Below, one piece after another: positions 51,278 to 60,905 of a stretch of 64,000 nt of DNA. The position numbers and the translations under genes are program-made. The notes beneath the pieces were generated by a model. It was not told where the DNA came from. It saw only the letters and a list, made by a program, of their open reading frames with translations, and ran no database searches. This DNA is from an uncultured Candidatus Saccharibacteria bacterium (GTDB lineage: Bacteria > Patescibacteriota > Minisyncoccia > Phycocordibacterales > CAIRYW01), in NCBI GenBank assembly GCA_964577785.1, contig CAZOAK010000001.1:22398-86397 (forward strand), read 5' to 3'. Position 1 is the stretch's first letter. Each line of letters starts with the position of its first letter.

Positions 51278-52390
51278 TTATTTGTTTATTCTACTCACCT
51301 TGAACGGCTCAGCTACATTTTTGACATCGAACTTCAATCTACCAATTACTCTATGATCAGAAGTTAAAACATTCACTCTCCATAAACCCTCTGCAACATT
51401 ACTTTTTACGGAATAAAGCCTGTAACCATCCTGTCTGCCCCCACGTATTGGCACATTAATATTACTAATTGTGATCCATTTATTACTTTTATTATCAAAT
51501 TTCTGCCAATTATGCGTAATATTTATATTCAGATCAATTGGTGAGTATATGGCTGTCATAATATAAACAGGTTCAAAATTATATCTATGAAATACATTGC
51601 CAGAAAGGAAATTATTAAACCGATTGTATATTTCCTCATCAACTAAATATCCACCATCGCCAGTTTGCTTTAGATTATGATACACGCCAGCATCCTTCTG
51701 GATTAATGGTAGAGGTGGTATCAAATTTAAGAAATAAAAGATATTAACTATAACTAAAATTACAAGTGCATTTTGAGCAATTACTTTTTTATTTGATTTT
51801 AGACTTATTTTTGAAACAATTTCAGTAAACCAAAGAAATAAAATAAAGATAATTATTGTCACAATTGAGCTTACTATAAAAACCCATCTATCTATACTAT
51901 TTAATAAGATTGGGATTGTAATTATTAAATAAGATAGCAATGCAAAGAAATAAACACTAACTCTAAAACTAAATTTTTCGTAATGTTTTTTTAGAAACTC
52001 ATTGCCCAGTAAATAAATAACCAATAATAATAAAAAAGGCCAACTAGATTCCAAGGTAGAGCTTCTTGTATAGAATACGACGAACGCACTGAACAAGGCA
52101 CCCAATGAAAACTGCATAAATAATGTCATCCAAAAATGCATTCTACCTCTAATCTTTTCTTTGATTGAATCTGACTCATACAAGCTAAGCATTATTATAC
52201 AGAATCCAGAAATCAAAATATAAATACTCAAAATTAGCTGATCAGCCAAGGCGTCCACCCTGCCGAGAGATAAATTATCCAAAACGAAACCAAAAACTAA
52301 TGCGAGTGAGGAAATACGATTCTCGTATTTTTGGTACCAGTTTTTAATTTTTGGTGGATTAAGAATGCTCCTGATTTTATTTAAAACCAT
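51278..52390 (-). CDS. DUF2914-containing membrane protein
   Basis: Multi-TM, IPPLPL, GGR.DGYR.YS.K...G.WRV. Confidence 0.8.
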   Translation of the reverse strand: MVLNKIRSILNPPKIKNWYQKYENRISSLALVFGFVLDNLSLGRVDALADQLILSIYILISGFCIIMLSLYESDSIKEKIRGRMHFWMTLFMQFSLGALFSAFVVFYTRSSTLESSWPFLLLLVIYLLGNEFLKKHYEKFSFRVSVYFFALLSYLIITIPILLNSIDRWVFIVSSIVTIIIFILFLWFTEIVSKISLKSNKKVIAQNALVILVIVNIFYFLNLIPPLPLIQKDAGVYHNLKQTGDGGYLVDEEIYNRFNNFLSGNVFHRYNFEPVYIMTAIYSPIDLNINITHNWQKFDNKSNKWITISNINVPIRGGRQDGYRLYSVKSNVAEGLWRVNVLTSDHRVIGRLKFDVKNVAEPFKVSRINK

Positions 52391-52403
52391 TTAAGTAACT
52401 AGA

Positions 52404-52733
52404 CTATTTCAATCCCCTCCCAAATACCATTGTGACTAATGACAAAATTATTGAAAACCATAATGCTGACCAAAACGATGCAACCGTAAATCCTGGAACT
52501 ATCTCTGCTGCAAGCATAATAAGTGCAGCATTTATAACCAATGAAAATAATCCGAGCGTTAGAATATTAATAGGTAAAGTCAAAACAAATATTAACGGTT
52601 TGATAAAAATATTGATTAGAGCCAACACTACTGCTAAAGCAATTGCCCCAAAGAGAGTAACTCCAACTCCTGGTAAAAGATATGAACTAATCATGATCGC
52701 AACGGTTCCAACGAGCCAATGTGTAAAATTCAT
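52404..52733 (-). CDS. YvlD/4-TMS phage-holin-like membrane protein
   Basis: IKPL...LTLPINILTLGLF.LVINA. Confidence 0.88.
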   Translation of the reverse strand: MNFTHWLVGTVAIMISSYLLPGVGVTLFGAIALAVVLALINIFIKPLIFVLTLPINILTLGLFSLVINAALIMLAAEIVPGFTVASFWSALWFSIILSLVTMVFGRGLK

Positions 52734-52757
52734 TTGAATTAATAATTAACTAATAAT

Positions 52758-53090
52758 TTAATACGAACTTTGATTACTGCTCTTTATTGAATTTTCTGCT
52801 ATTTTGTTATTCAGATCAGCAACCATATTCTTATATGAATCAACCTCATTCTGTAGTTTTTCTTTTTCCTTTATCATGCCTTTAAATTTAAAATAGTCAC
52901 CAATCACTTCTGGAATGGAAACCAAAAAACTCGCAATCATTCCTGATAATATTGCGAGAACGAGTACAACAGCGAGAGACGCATCCACCTGCCAAAACAA
53001 GAAAGTTACTGTTATTGCTACAGCATTTTGGAGTGCAAATATCACCGCCACAGCACCTAATACCAAACCTATTATTACAAATATAATCAT
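52758..53090 (-). CDS. LapA-domain membrane protein
   Basis: IFALQN...V.FLFW...SLA; coiled-coil tail. Confidence 0.8.
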   Translation of the reverse strand: MIIFVIIGLVLGAVAVIFALQNAVAITVTFLFWQVDASLAVVLVLAILSGMIASFLVSIPEVIGDYFKFKGMIKEKEKLQNEVDSYKNMVADLNNKIAENSIKSSNQSSY

Positions 53091-53187
53091 ATTATTTAAG
53101 TTACTTAATAAATAAACTCAACTTAATTAGACGTAGAAACCAATCATTCCTTACAGATTTATTAATTGTATTATAACATAATTAAGA

Positions 53188-54261
53188 CTATTTCTTTACA
53201 ACAAGATGGATTGCTGGCAATTCTAGACCTAGTGCCCAAGCAGAAAATCCATGTAGCTTATACCTATTTATCAATTCCAATTTTTCACTTATACTAATTT
53301 CATTTTCATACCAAATTGTATTTGCTTTCTTATTCCGTACATATTTTAGATAAGGAGCCTTATCAATCTCACTATATCCGAGTGTTGGATTATATGTACT
53401 TAGAGCAATTTTTAAACCCTCAAACCCACCAATCCCAGTTATTTTACCTCGAGCATCATCCCATTTCCAATAGTAGAGAGGAATGCCTAGTGATAATTTG
53501 TTTGCAGGTATAAATTTTAACGAATAATCTAAAACATTAACTAGCCAAGGGTAGGGGGAAATAGCACCTTTAGAATCTGGAGCATCATAAGACATAATAC
53601 TCACAAAATCTGATGAATCGCTTATTTTTTTATAGTCATAAACACCAATAAGATCGTTCCATAAGGTATTCTTATAATCACTTGGATTATCACTTATTTT
53701 AGCTATAACAGCCACGCTAAGAATCAAACCTTTCTTGTGAAAATCCTTGCTCGCCAACTCCACAAACTCAGAAAACTTATCCTTATACTCAACATTCATC
53801 TGTTCGAAATCAATCTGCCAACCAATAAAATCATTCTTTTTTGCTTCACTTATCATCTGCTTTATCGCACTTTTTTGATTTTTCTTATTATTTAGGAGTG
53901 CCACAAGACTCATTTGACCAAAACTTCCATTAGTAACAAGTGGCATCACTCTAATATTTTTTTCTTTAGTAAATTTTAGTACCTCCTCATTAATAGATCC
54001 TTGAAGTTTGGCATTTTCATCGAAGGCATATGATTGTGGGGCAAGTATGTCTATAGATTCTGGATATGAAAATAAAGATTCTCGCGCGTTTATCCCCTCT
54101 CGGTAGTAAAAAATCCTTGAGTAATCAAAATTATTGTATTTAATATCTAGACTTGTATCAGAAGTAAAAGCAAAAACAGGAAGACATCCAGAGAACAACC
54201 CAACTAGAACCAAGGTGAGGTTAAATTTTAATATTTTTCCAATTATCGTATTCTTACTCAT
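53188..54261 (-). CDS. Secreted GH18 glycosyl hydrolase
   Basis: GWQIDFE, MSYD, LGIPLY, W.E, GFSAWALG. Confidence 0.85.
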   Translation of the reverse strand: MSKNTIIGKILKFNLTLVLVGLFSGCLPVFAFTSDTSLDIKYNNFDYSRIFYYREGINARESLFSYPESIDILAPQSYAFDENAKLQGSINEEVLKFTKEKNIRVMPLVTNGSFGQMSLVALLNNKKNQKSAIKQMISEAKKNDFIGWQIDFEQMNVEYKDKFSEFVELASKDFHKKGLILSVAVIAKISDNPSDYKNTLWNDLIGVYDYKKISDSSDFVSIMSYDAPDSKGAISPYPWLVNVLDYSLKFIPANKLSLGIPLYYWKWDDARGKITGIGGFEGLKIALSTYNPTLGYSEIDKAPYLKYVRNKKANTIWYENEISISEKLELINRYKLHGFSAWALGLELPAIHLVVKK

Positions 54262-54385
54262 ACACCTATCATACCACTTGTCCTGTCAAAAAAATAATGC
54301 GACTTCCTTGGATAATGATATACTCTATTCTGCAAACAGGTATTTTGGTTACCCTAATTATTCATTATTTTTTACTAAAATAATC

Positions 54386-54634
54386 ATGTCAAACATAATT
54401 TTATATTCAAAAATCGGCTGTCCTTGGGGAGACGAAGTTAGAGACTTTCTAAATTCAAAAAATATCACATTCACTGAAAAAGAAATGCTCAGCAATCCTC
54501 AGTTTAAGGACGAATGTATTACCAAGTCTGGTCAGTGGAAATGTCCTACACTAGATATTGATGGGCATATACTTGCCGACAGTGATGCGGACCAAGTACA
54601 GAAGTACTTGGAAAGTTTACAAGTATCCAAGTAA
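54386..54634 (+). CDS. Glutaredoxin-like protein
   Basis: YSKIGCPW, KSGQ..CPT..IDG. Confidence 0.8.
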   Translation: MSNIILYSKIGCPWGDEVRDFLNSKNITFTEKEMLSNPQFKDECITKSGQWKCPTLDIDGHILADSDADQVQKYLESLQVSK

Positions 54635-54718
54635 CAATTAATCAATATCGATGATAGGAACTACTTGACCCTAATTGGAAATTGATAATTGAATACTTCT
54701 GCTTAAGTGCTTAAAAAC

Positions 54719-55096
54719 TTAAGCAGTTTTTCTCCTATGTATCATTACTCTATTACCATCCGGATCTTCAATTGTCACCATTTGGCATGATGGAAAATCC
54801 ATTATTTCACCAACAAATATAATATTATTTTCTTTAAGAATTTTGACGGCTTCTTCAAAATCAATAACCTCTAGTGCTACCACGCCTCCTTCTCTGCCTG
54901 GCATAAAATTAGTAGCTCCTTTACCTATTGCAAGTGTATGAGGGCCAATTTCATATTCAATAAATACCATTTCAGTTGTATCATCACCAAAAACACTTGT
55001 AGGCTTTAAACCTAAAATATCTTCATAAAAATATTTGGCTTTTGAGACATCTGTAATTGAGTAACTTACAAACGCTATTTCTTTTACCTGTATCAT
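54719..55096 (-). CDS. VOC/glyoxalase family protein
   Basis: FYEDILGL, DPDGN. Confidence 0.88.
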   Translation of the reverse strand: MIQVKEIAFVSYSITDVSKAKYFYEDILGLKPTSVFGDDTTEMVFIEYEIGPHTLAIGKGATNFMPGREGGVVALEVIDFEEAVKILKENNIIFVGEIMDFPSCQMVTIEDPDGNRVMIHRRKTA

Positions 55097-55106
55097 TTAT
55101 ATTAGA

Positions 55107-55775
55107 TTAAAAGCTAATACTCTCAATTACGATAGGTTCTAGTGGTATATCTCTATCTCCAACTGCTACATTCTGTATAGCATTTACTACATCCATACCA
55201 CTTGTCACTTTACCAAAAACAGTATGTTTTGTGTCCAAAAAATTATTATCCTTAACATTGATAAAGAACTGACTGCCATTGGTGTCTGGCCCTGAATTCG
55301 CCATAGAGATTGTTCCGGTATCATTTCTATTTTCGGGTGTTATCTCATCCTCAAATTTATATCCCGGACCCCCAGTTCCCCATCTAAACATATCCTCATC
55401 ATTTTTCGATAAAGGATCCCCACCTTGAATCATAAAGTCTTTTATCACTCTGTGGAATTTTACATCATCATAAAACCCTGACTCGGCCAATTTTCTAAAA
55501 TTAGCAACCGTATTAGGTGTTACCTTGTCATAAAATTCAATTTTAATATCTCCTTTATTTGTATGTAATGTTGCCATAGTTATTTTGTCTTTATTAATTA
55601 CTAAAACCTTCTCTTTTTCCGGTATTAATGAATCAGTAGTTGATGCATAGGTTACCTCCGAATCAATAGCTTTTATCACATCCCTATGCTTTGACCCAAC
55701 GCCGGTTCTAAATGATAAATATACTGATACCAGTATAATAATTATTACCACAATTATTATTTTTATTTTTGACAT
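55107..55775 (-). CDS. Cyclophilin-type PPIase with N-terminal anchor
   Basis: FHRVIKDFMIQGGDP, SMANSGPDTNGSQFFI, HTVFG. Confidence 0.95.
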   Translation of the reverse strand: MSKIKIIIVVIIIILVSVYLSFRTGVGSKHRDVIKAIDSEVTYASTTDSLIPEKEKVLVINKDKITMATLHTNKGDIKIEFYDKVTPNTVANFRKLAESGFYDDVKFHRVIKDFMIQGGDPLSKNDEDMFRWGTGGPGYKFEDEITPENRNDTGTISMANSGPDTNGSQFFINVKDNNFLDTKHTVFGKVTSGMDVVNAIQNVAVGDRDIPLEPIVIESISF

Positions 55776-55901
55776 AGAAGAAATTATACCCTAAAACATT
55801 TTGCATTCAAAATGTTCGGTCTAGCCCGGTTGACACCGTCGACCTAGGGGCGAACAATCATTAGATTGTTCTATCCAAATTATTCAAATTCATAAAATAA
55901 A

Positions 55902-55936
55902 AAACAGCCGTCTTCGCAATGCGAAGACGGCTGTTT
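55902..55936. terminator. Terminator of pilin gene
   Basis: aaacagccgtcttcgc-aat-gcgaagacggctgttt. Confidence 0.85.
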
Positions 55937-55966
55937 GCAGGAGGTTGTATCATGTGAACTTGGTGC

Positions 55967-56455
55967 CTATGTCTTGTCAGGCGATTCGCCGTTAGGCCCT
56001 GGCTTCACGCTTGAAGCCGCAGGATTTACAGGCCTGACTAGCACGAGCTGGCCAGTGACCGTATCAACAATCAATCCGCTGAACCCTTTGGGGTGGGCAC
56101 CTTTGAGCAACACGGCCTGTTGGTCAGTGAGGCCAAATTTTGCTGGGCTCCCTGACACCAATGTGACGATCTGGGCGAGACCCTGATCAGCTTCATGCTT
56201 TGTGTCACCCTTGATGATGGCATCATTCCAAGCAACCATCAGAATGTGTGCGACATCACCCGCTGCCTGAGCTGTAGCGAGTTCTGCAGCATTCGACGTC
56301 TTAGCCTGGCGTTTTGCCTGGTTTTTCTTTGCAGTCTCGCTGATGACTTTGATATTCGGAATGGCAATGACGGCAATCCCACCAATGAGGGCGAGAACGA
56401 CGAGTAATTCCACGAGACTGAAGCCGATTTTCTTTGACAATTTAGCGTTTTTCAT
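55967..56455 (-). CDS. Type IV prepilin-like protein (guest class)
   Basis: Class III signal KKIG|FSLVELLVVLALIG; start ATG 56455. Confidence 0.88.
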   Translation of the reverse strand: MKNAKLSKKIGFSLVELLVVLALIGGIAVIAIPNIKVISETAKKNQAKRQAKTSNAAELATAQAAGDVAHILMVAWNDAIIKGDTKHEADQGLAQIVTLVSGSPAKFGLTDQQAVLLKGAHPKGFSGLIVDTVTGQLVLVRPVNPAASSVKPGPNGESPDKT

Positions 56456-56620
56456 GGTTTGGGTATGGGTTTGGATGTTTACTTGATTGCACATGACACA
56501 CAGAATTTTATGGTCAATGCGCAGTCAAAGTTTGATATTTCAAACACTGGCTGCGCACTGCCATAACCTCTTTTAAAGAACGAAGTTTATTATTATCACA
56601 CAATTAAAACAATATCAAAC
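56456..56620 (-). promoter_or_regulatory. Promoter, boxA, leader hairpin and C/A-rich initiation region
   Basis: cgttctttaaaa 56582-56571; stem-loop 56566-56508; catccaaacccatacccaaaccATG. Confidence 0.65.
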
Positions 56621-56666
56621 AACCTATCTAGGTTAGGTTTTAGATAATTAAACATATATATTAGAA

Positions 56667-57689
56667 TTATTTCCTAAATAATCTTCTGATCGTCCTTGTG
56701 TGTAGAAATGATTCTGGCAATATAAAATGAAAAAATTTCGTTTTACCATGCCCATAAAATATAAATAGAATTGCAGCAGAATAAACAACTAAATCCTCTA
56801 CTTCCCATTGACCAAACTGTACTGCCATAGTTATTACAGAAGCGGCAAAAAAACTCGCAATCAAAACCGTATTAATTCTAGTTAAATAACCCAGAATAAA
56901 TATTACTCCGAATATCATTTCAGCAAATCCAGTGCTTAAAACAAATAGATTATTGGTAAACCATGTCAGTCCAAAATTGTACATAAAGTTCCAATTATGA
57001 ACATCAAGAAACGATAGTCCTAACTCTGGGTATGAAAGCTTCTCAGAAAACGCCATTATAATTAGTGAAATACCAGTACCTATTCGTACAATCTCAACTG
57101 CATGCTTATTAAGTTTATTTAGGCACGCTCCTTTTGGAGAATGTTTTATTAAGAAGTAAAAGGCTAGCGTCAAAAGCATTATATTTTCAAAAAATGCTTC
57201 GGGACCAACTTTAAACAGTAGTGTTGTGTATAAAATTATGAGAGCACATGATGCCATTCTCGGATACATTCCAATTACAAACATCACACCCAGAGCTATC
57301 TCTATGGATGCCAGCAAGGCAGACAACGAATCAGTAACAGGAAATTCTGGTATAAGCACAACCTTCCATATAACTCCCACAGTAACCAGGAATAGACCGA
57401 GTACACCTTGAGCCACCCTATCTATTATTACTTCATATTTTTCTCCAAATGACAGAAGTTTTTTTGGTTCCCTTATAATTCTATCCAAAATACTAAATAC
57501 CAAAACAACAATAATAGAAATAATAGCCCAAATAATCACCTCCTTACTACTTAAATAATAAAATGGTGTTTGATTATGTGACTCACCAATCACCTTCTCA
57601 GTATCAACAAACCATTTAACATGTGCAGATACAAAAGAAACAATTGATAGTAATAATATTGGGACGAATATAATTATTTTTTGTATCAT
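56667..57689 (-). CDS. DoxX-like multi-TM membrane protein
   Basis: AHVKWF, R.G.G.SL...A..EKL..P. Confidence 0.65.
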   Translation of the reverse strand: MIQKIIIFVPILLLSIVSFVSAHVKWFVDTEKVIGESHNQTPFYYLSSKEVIIWAIISIIVVLVFSILDRIIREPKKLLSFGEKYEVIIDRVAQGVLGLFLVTVGVIWKVVLIPEFPVTDSLSALLASIEIALGVMFVIGMYPRMASCALIILYTTLLFKVGPEAFFENIMLLTLAFYFLIKHSPKGACLNKLNKHAVEIVRIGTGISLIIMAFSEKLSYPELGLSFLDVHNWNFMYNFGLTWFTNNLFVLSTGFAEMIFGVIFILGYLTRINTVLIASFFAASVITMAVQFGQWEVEDLVVYSAAILFIFYGHGKTKFFHFILPESFLHTRTIRRLFRK

Positions 57690-57707
57690 TAAATTTGTTT
57701 TGTGAAT

Positions 57708-58847
57708 TTATAGAGCATCTTCCGCATCCTCAGCTTTTTGCTCTGCCCTCTTTGCCAAACTTTCTGCATCCTTAAAATTATCATCATCAAACTCTGTTCT
57801 AGCGTCGTCAAACAAATCCTCTGCGTCATCAAGTAAGTTTTCTGCAGAATCAGTGTCATCATTATCATCTTGCGCCTCACCGATCTTAGCTTTTGCATCC
57901 TTAATGGCATCTTTTGCTTCAGCTATTGCATCTTCTGCATCAGCTTTGTCACCCCTACTGTCACCAATCGCATCTTCTGCATCTTCGGCTTTATTTTCAG
58001 CATCATCTACGTACTCCCTCGCATTATCATAATCTTTATCATCCAAATAATCCTCAGCCTTTTGCAATAAATCTCTTGCATCATCGAGCAAATCATCAGC
58101 ATCACATACATCATCACCGTCATCATTTGCTTTATTTATTTTATCATCCACATCATCAATCAACTGATCAACATCATCCAATCCTTCTTCTATCTCGTCT
58201 TTCTCCGTTTTACCGCCAGCCTGTCCATACGCATCCTCTGCACTGTCAAACGCATCATCAGCATAAGTTTTTGCTTTGGCATAATCAGAATTCAAATAAA
58301 ATTTGATTGATTTATAGAAATATTCTCTTGCGTCCTTAAGATCATCTTCTGCACTATTAATATTAGATGACATATCATCCACCTGATCCTCAGCATCTTC
58401 AATTTGTTCTAGAGCCTTTTGTATTGCTGTCTTTGCTGTAGAAGATGATCCTGTAGATACAGATGGAGTTGATACAGTACTTGGTATTACATTAGAGGTT
58501 GGACCTACAACAGTACCCGTGATTAACTTTGTATATATTTGCCTTGATAATGGACCAAAAAAACCGCTTGTAGGGCTAATACCGTTTGATGACTGCCATT
58601 TAATCACAGCTTCCTTGGTTTTAGTCTTAAATGTGTCAGTTTCCTTGCCAGGTGAACCGGCACCAGACGTTGAAATTATAAATCCAGAATCATTCAAGTA
58701 TTTCTGGAGACAGCGGACATCTTCACCTTCATCATCAATATCAAGGCTACGGGTAAAATCACATGATGATGCATTTGATATTTGATAAGATACAAAAAAA
58801 ACAAAAACAAACAATGAAATCATTCTTAAAATTTTTCTAAAATTCAT
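57708..58847 (-). CDS. Secreted peptidoglycan-binding protein with acidic helical repeats
   Basis: L..G.EGEDV..LQKYLN..G..GP.S; Asp/Ala/Glu-rich repeats. Confidence 0.8.
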   Translation of the reverse strand: MNFRKILRMISLFVFVFFVSYQISNASSCDFTRSLDIDDEGEDVRCLQKYLNDSGFIISTSGAGSPGKETDTFKTKTKEAVIKWQSSNGISPTSGFFGPLSRQIYTKLITGTVVGPTSNVIPSTVSTPSVSTGSSSTAKTAIQKALEQIEDAEDQVDDMSSNINSAEDDLKDAREYFYKSIKFYLNSDYAKAKTYADDAFDSAEDAYGQAGGKTEKDEIEEGLDDVDQLIDDVDDKINKANDDGDDVCDADDLLDDARDLLQKAEDYLDDKDYDNAREYVDDAENKAEDAEDAIGDSRGDKADAEDAIAEAKDAIKDAKAKIGEAQDDNDDTDSAENLLDDAEDLFDDARTEFDDDNFKDAESLAKRAEQKAEDAEDAL

Positions 58848-58936
58848 AATTGATTTTATTATAAATAAATCGAGTAAATTAAAATACAGTTCGTACTCTA
58901 ATTATATTACACAATCAAAATTAGAACAATAAAAAA

Positions 58937-59797
58937 TTATTTTTCTTCCGATTTCAAAGAATATAATTTTCTAGCATCCTCTAATGTTCTAGGGTAACGT
59001 TGAGTGCTACCTAAGCCGTTCTCATACAATTCTGCAGTCTCGACAAGATCTGACCATATTCTCTCTCCATCAGCACCGAGATTATTTAGTTTTTCAATTA
59101 GCATTGATCTATATTTCTTGATACCACCACCCACATCAAGATTAAACATTTGACCGAGATCGGTTTTTGTATATTCAGGTCTTTTAGGTTGAGATTTTTC
59201 ATGATTGATCAAATCATCAATCGAGCACCCTCGTTTTGGACGAGATTTAACCCAGTTATCATAATCGGAATCATACGCATCTTTTGCTCGATAATATTTC
59301 AATGATTTATTTATATCCATATCAATTACAGCCTCTGAAATTGGAGAGGTTCTAATATCAGAAACAAATTCATCACTTAATCCGGTTTTTTCCTTTAATC
59401 CATTTCTCATGGCTAAAGTATATTCCTTGGCAATATCTTGAGATAGAACTAGATGCCCTCTCTCATTGTATTTAATCAGTTCATCCTCATTTAACCCAAT
59501 CCTTTTAGCAATAATATCAGTATCAACAAAAACCACCCCATCAATATCACTCTTTTCATGAGCAGTGCCTTTAATCATTGACCCGAACAAATTCATTGAT
59601 AGAAATTCTGGATACTTATCTTTCATTTCTTTTACCTGTTCCTTAACAGCCAAAATTCTATCTCTAGAAAATTGTTCCTTGGATAATACAAAACGGTGAT
59701 CTGTTTCATTTTTTGGGCGAGCAGGTATGATTGGCTTTTGGGCCAATTCTTCTAGTAGAGCTGCACCACTCTTTGGAGATTCAGATGGCTGTTCCAT
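58937..59797 (-). CDS. Nucleotidyltransferase-domain protein
   Basis: LFGS..KG.....SDID. Confidence 0.7.
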   Translation of the reverse strand: MEQPSESPKSGAALLEELAQKPIIPARPKNETDHRFVLSKEQFSRDRILAVKEQVKEMKDKYPEFLSMNLFGSMIKGTAHEKSDIDGVVFVDTDIIAKRIGLNEDELIKYNERGHLVLSQDIAKEYTLAMRNGLKEKTGLSDEFVSDIRTSPISEAVIDMDINKSLKYYRAKDAYDSDYDNWVKSRPKRGCSIDDLINHEKSQPKRPEYTKTDLGQMFNLDVGGGIKKYRSMLIEKLNNLGADGERIWSDLVETAELYENGLGSTQRYPRTLEDARKLYSLKSEEK

Positions 59798-59844
59798 GAT
59801 TAGGTAATGCCGACAGTTAAAAGTTTTATAAAAGCTAAAATCGA

Positions 59845-59970
59845 TTATTCTGTAGTTTTCCTATATTTTACACCGAGATAATATGGCCAGAAATATCCAA
59901 TAGTAAAAATCCACCCGATGATCCATAGAGTTCCAAGCCCATTGCTATCTGTGATTATTGTTTGTCTCAT
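59845..59970 (-). CDS. 41-aa small membrane protein
   Basis: MRQTIITDSNGLGTLWIIGWIFTIGYFWPYYLG...; ATG 6 nt after tacaat. Confidence 0.5.
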   Translation of the reverse strand: MRQTIITDSNGLGTLWIIGWIFTIGYFWPYYLGVKYRKTTE

Positions 59971-60029
59971 ACCCCAATTGTACCATGTTTAATATTATTA
60001 AGTCCAAAGTTTAGAAATTAAGATTGGAA

Positions 60030-60905
60030 TCATTTTTCACTATAATAATCGATTAGAGCTTTAACACCAGCTAAATTTTTATCGAACTCTACAGTCTCAT
60101 GTGTCTTAAGCTCTACTGAAATAGAAGGAATATTCAAAGTTGCAAGCCAGTCACCCGCATCACCAGTAATTTCATAACTATCAAATGATTTCACAGGTGG
60201 GTAACCAGATGCTTTTGAATAAGCGTTCATTATGGCGGTAGTTTCTGGAAGGATTCCATTCTTACACGCAGACGCATATACAGCATTAGATTGACTATGC
60301 CAGAAAATAACAGCAATTGGATTATTTTTATCTACAAAATTTTTAATGGCCATTGCTTCCGGTTCAGAGAATACTGATGTTCCCGCACTCACCGTCTTTG
60401 ATCTCCATTTACTTTCTGGTTGCCATTTGCAATCAAAATTACGATTTATATCTACATTATTATTATTAAACCGACCTGAAGCTAAAATATTTTGATCTGT
60501 TGACACATCACTAATATTAAACCTGCCTTCTTTACCAACAACTTTATATAACCCATCAGGGTTTAGAGACGGGATCACTGTTATAGCTATGTTTGGCGGA
60601 ATGACTGCTACATTTTTATCCAAATAATCCATAATCTGATACGCAAGAATGACACTGTTCCATTCATAGCCACCATGAATACCTCCAACAAATACTAAAT
60701 TATATTTACCCTTTCCATAGGTAAAGCTTTCAATTTTCCGTCCTTCTACTGATGTCCCTATAACTTTATAGATAAGCTTATCAACTTTAACTTCTTCTAC
60801 CAAAATTTCCTTCGGAACCTCTTTTTTATTGTTATAGAAATACACAAAACCAGCAATTGCTATTAAGATAATTGCTACAAAATATTTAGAACGAAAAAAT
60901 CTCAT
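60030..60905 (-). CDS. M14 zinc carboxypeptidase (catalytic residues intact)
   Basis: HGGYE, NPDG, DINRNF, SEPE, WHS, SVE. Confidence 0.88.
   Translation of the reverse strand: MRFFRSKYFVAIILIAIAGFVYFYNNKKEVPKEILVEEVKVDKLIYKVIGTSVEGRKIESFTYGKGKYNLVFVGGIHGGYEWNSVILAYQIMDYLDKNVAVIPPNIAITVIPSLNPDGLYKVVGKEGRFNISDVSTDQNILASGRFNNNNVDINRNFDCKWQPESKWRSKTVSAGTSVFSEPEAMAIKNFVDKNNPIAVIFWHSQSNAVYASACKNGILPETTAIMNAYSKASGYPPVKSFDSYEITGDAGDWLATLNIPSISVELKTHETVEFDKNLAGVKALIDYYSEK

Noticed and set aside
52404-52733. Holin-like gene plus lysozyme as prophage evidence
   Set aside because: They are over 40 kb apart, YvlD-type proteins are common chromosomal genes, and no structural or integrase genes are present
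57870-58785. His/Ile-rich plus-strand ORFs, and similar antisense ORFs such as 22609-23268
   Set aside because: Shadows of biased codons on the real coding strand
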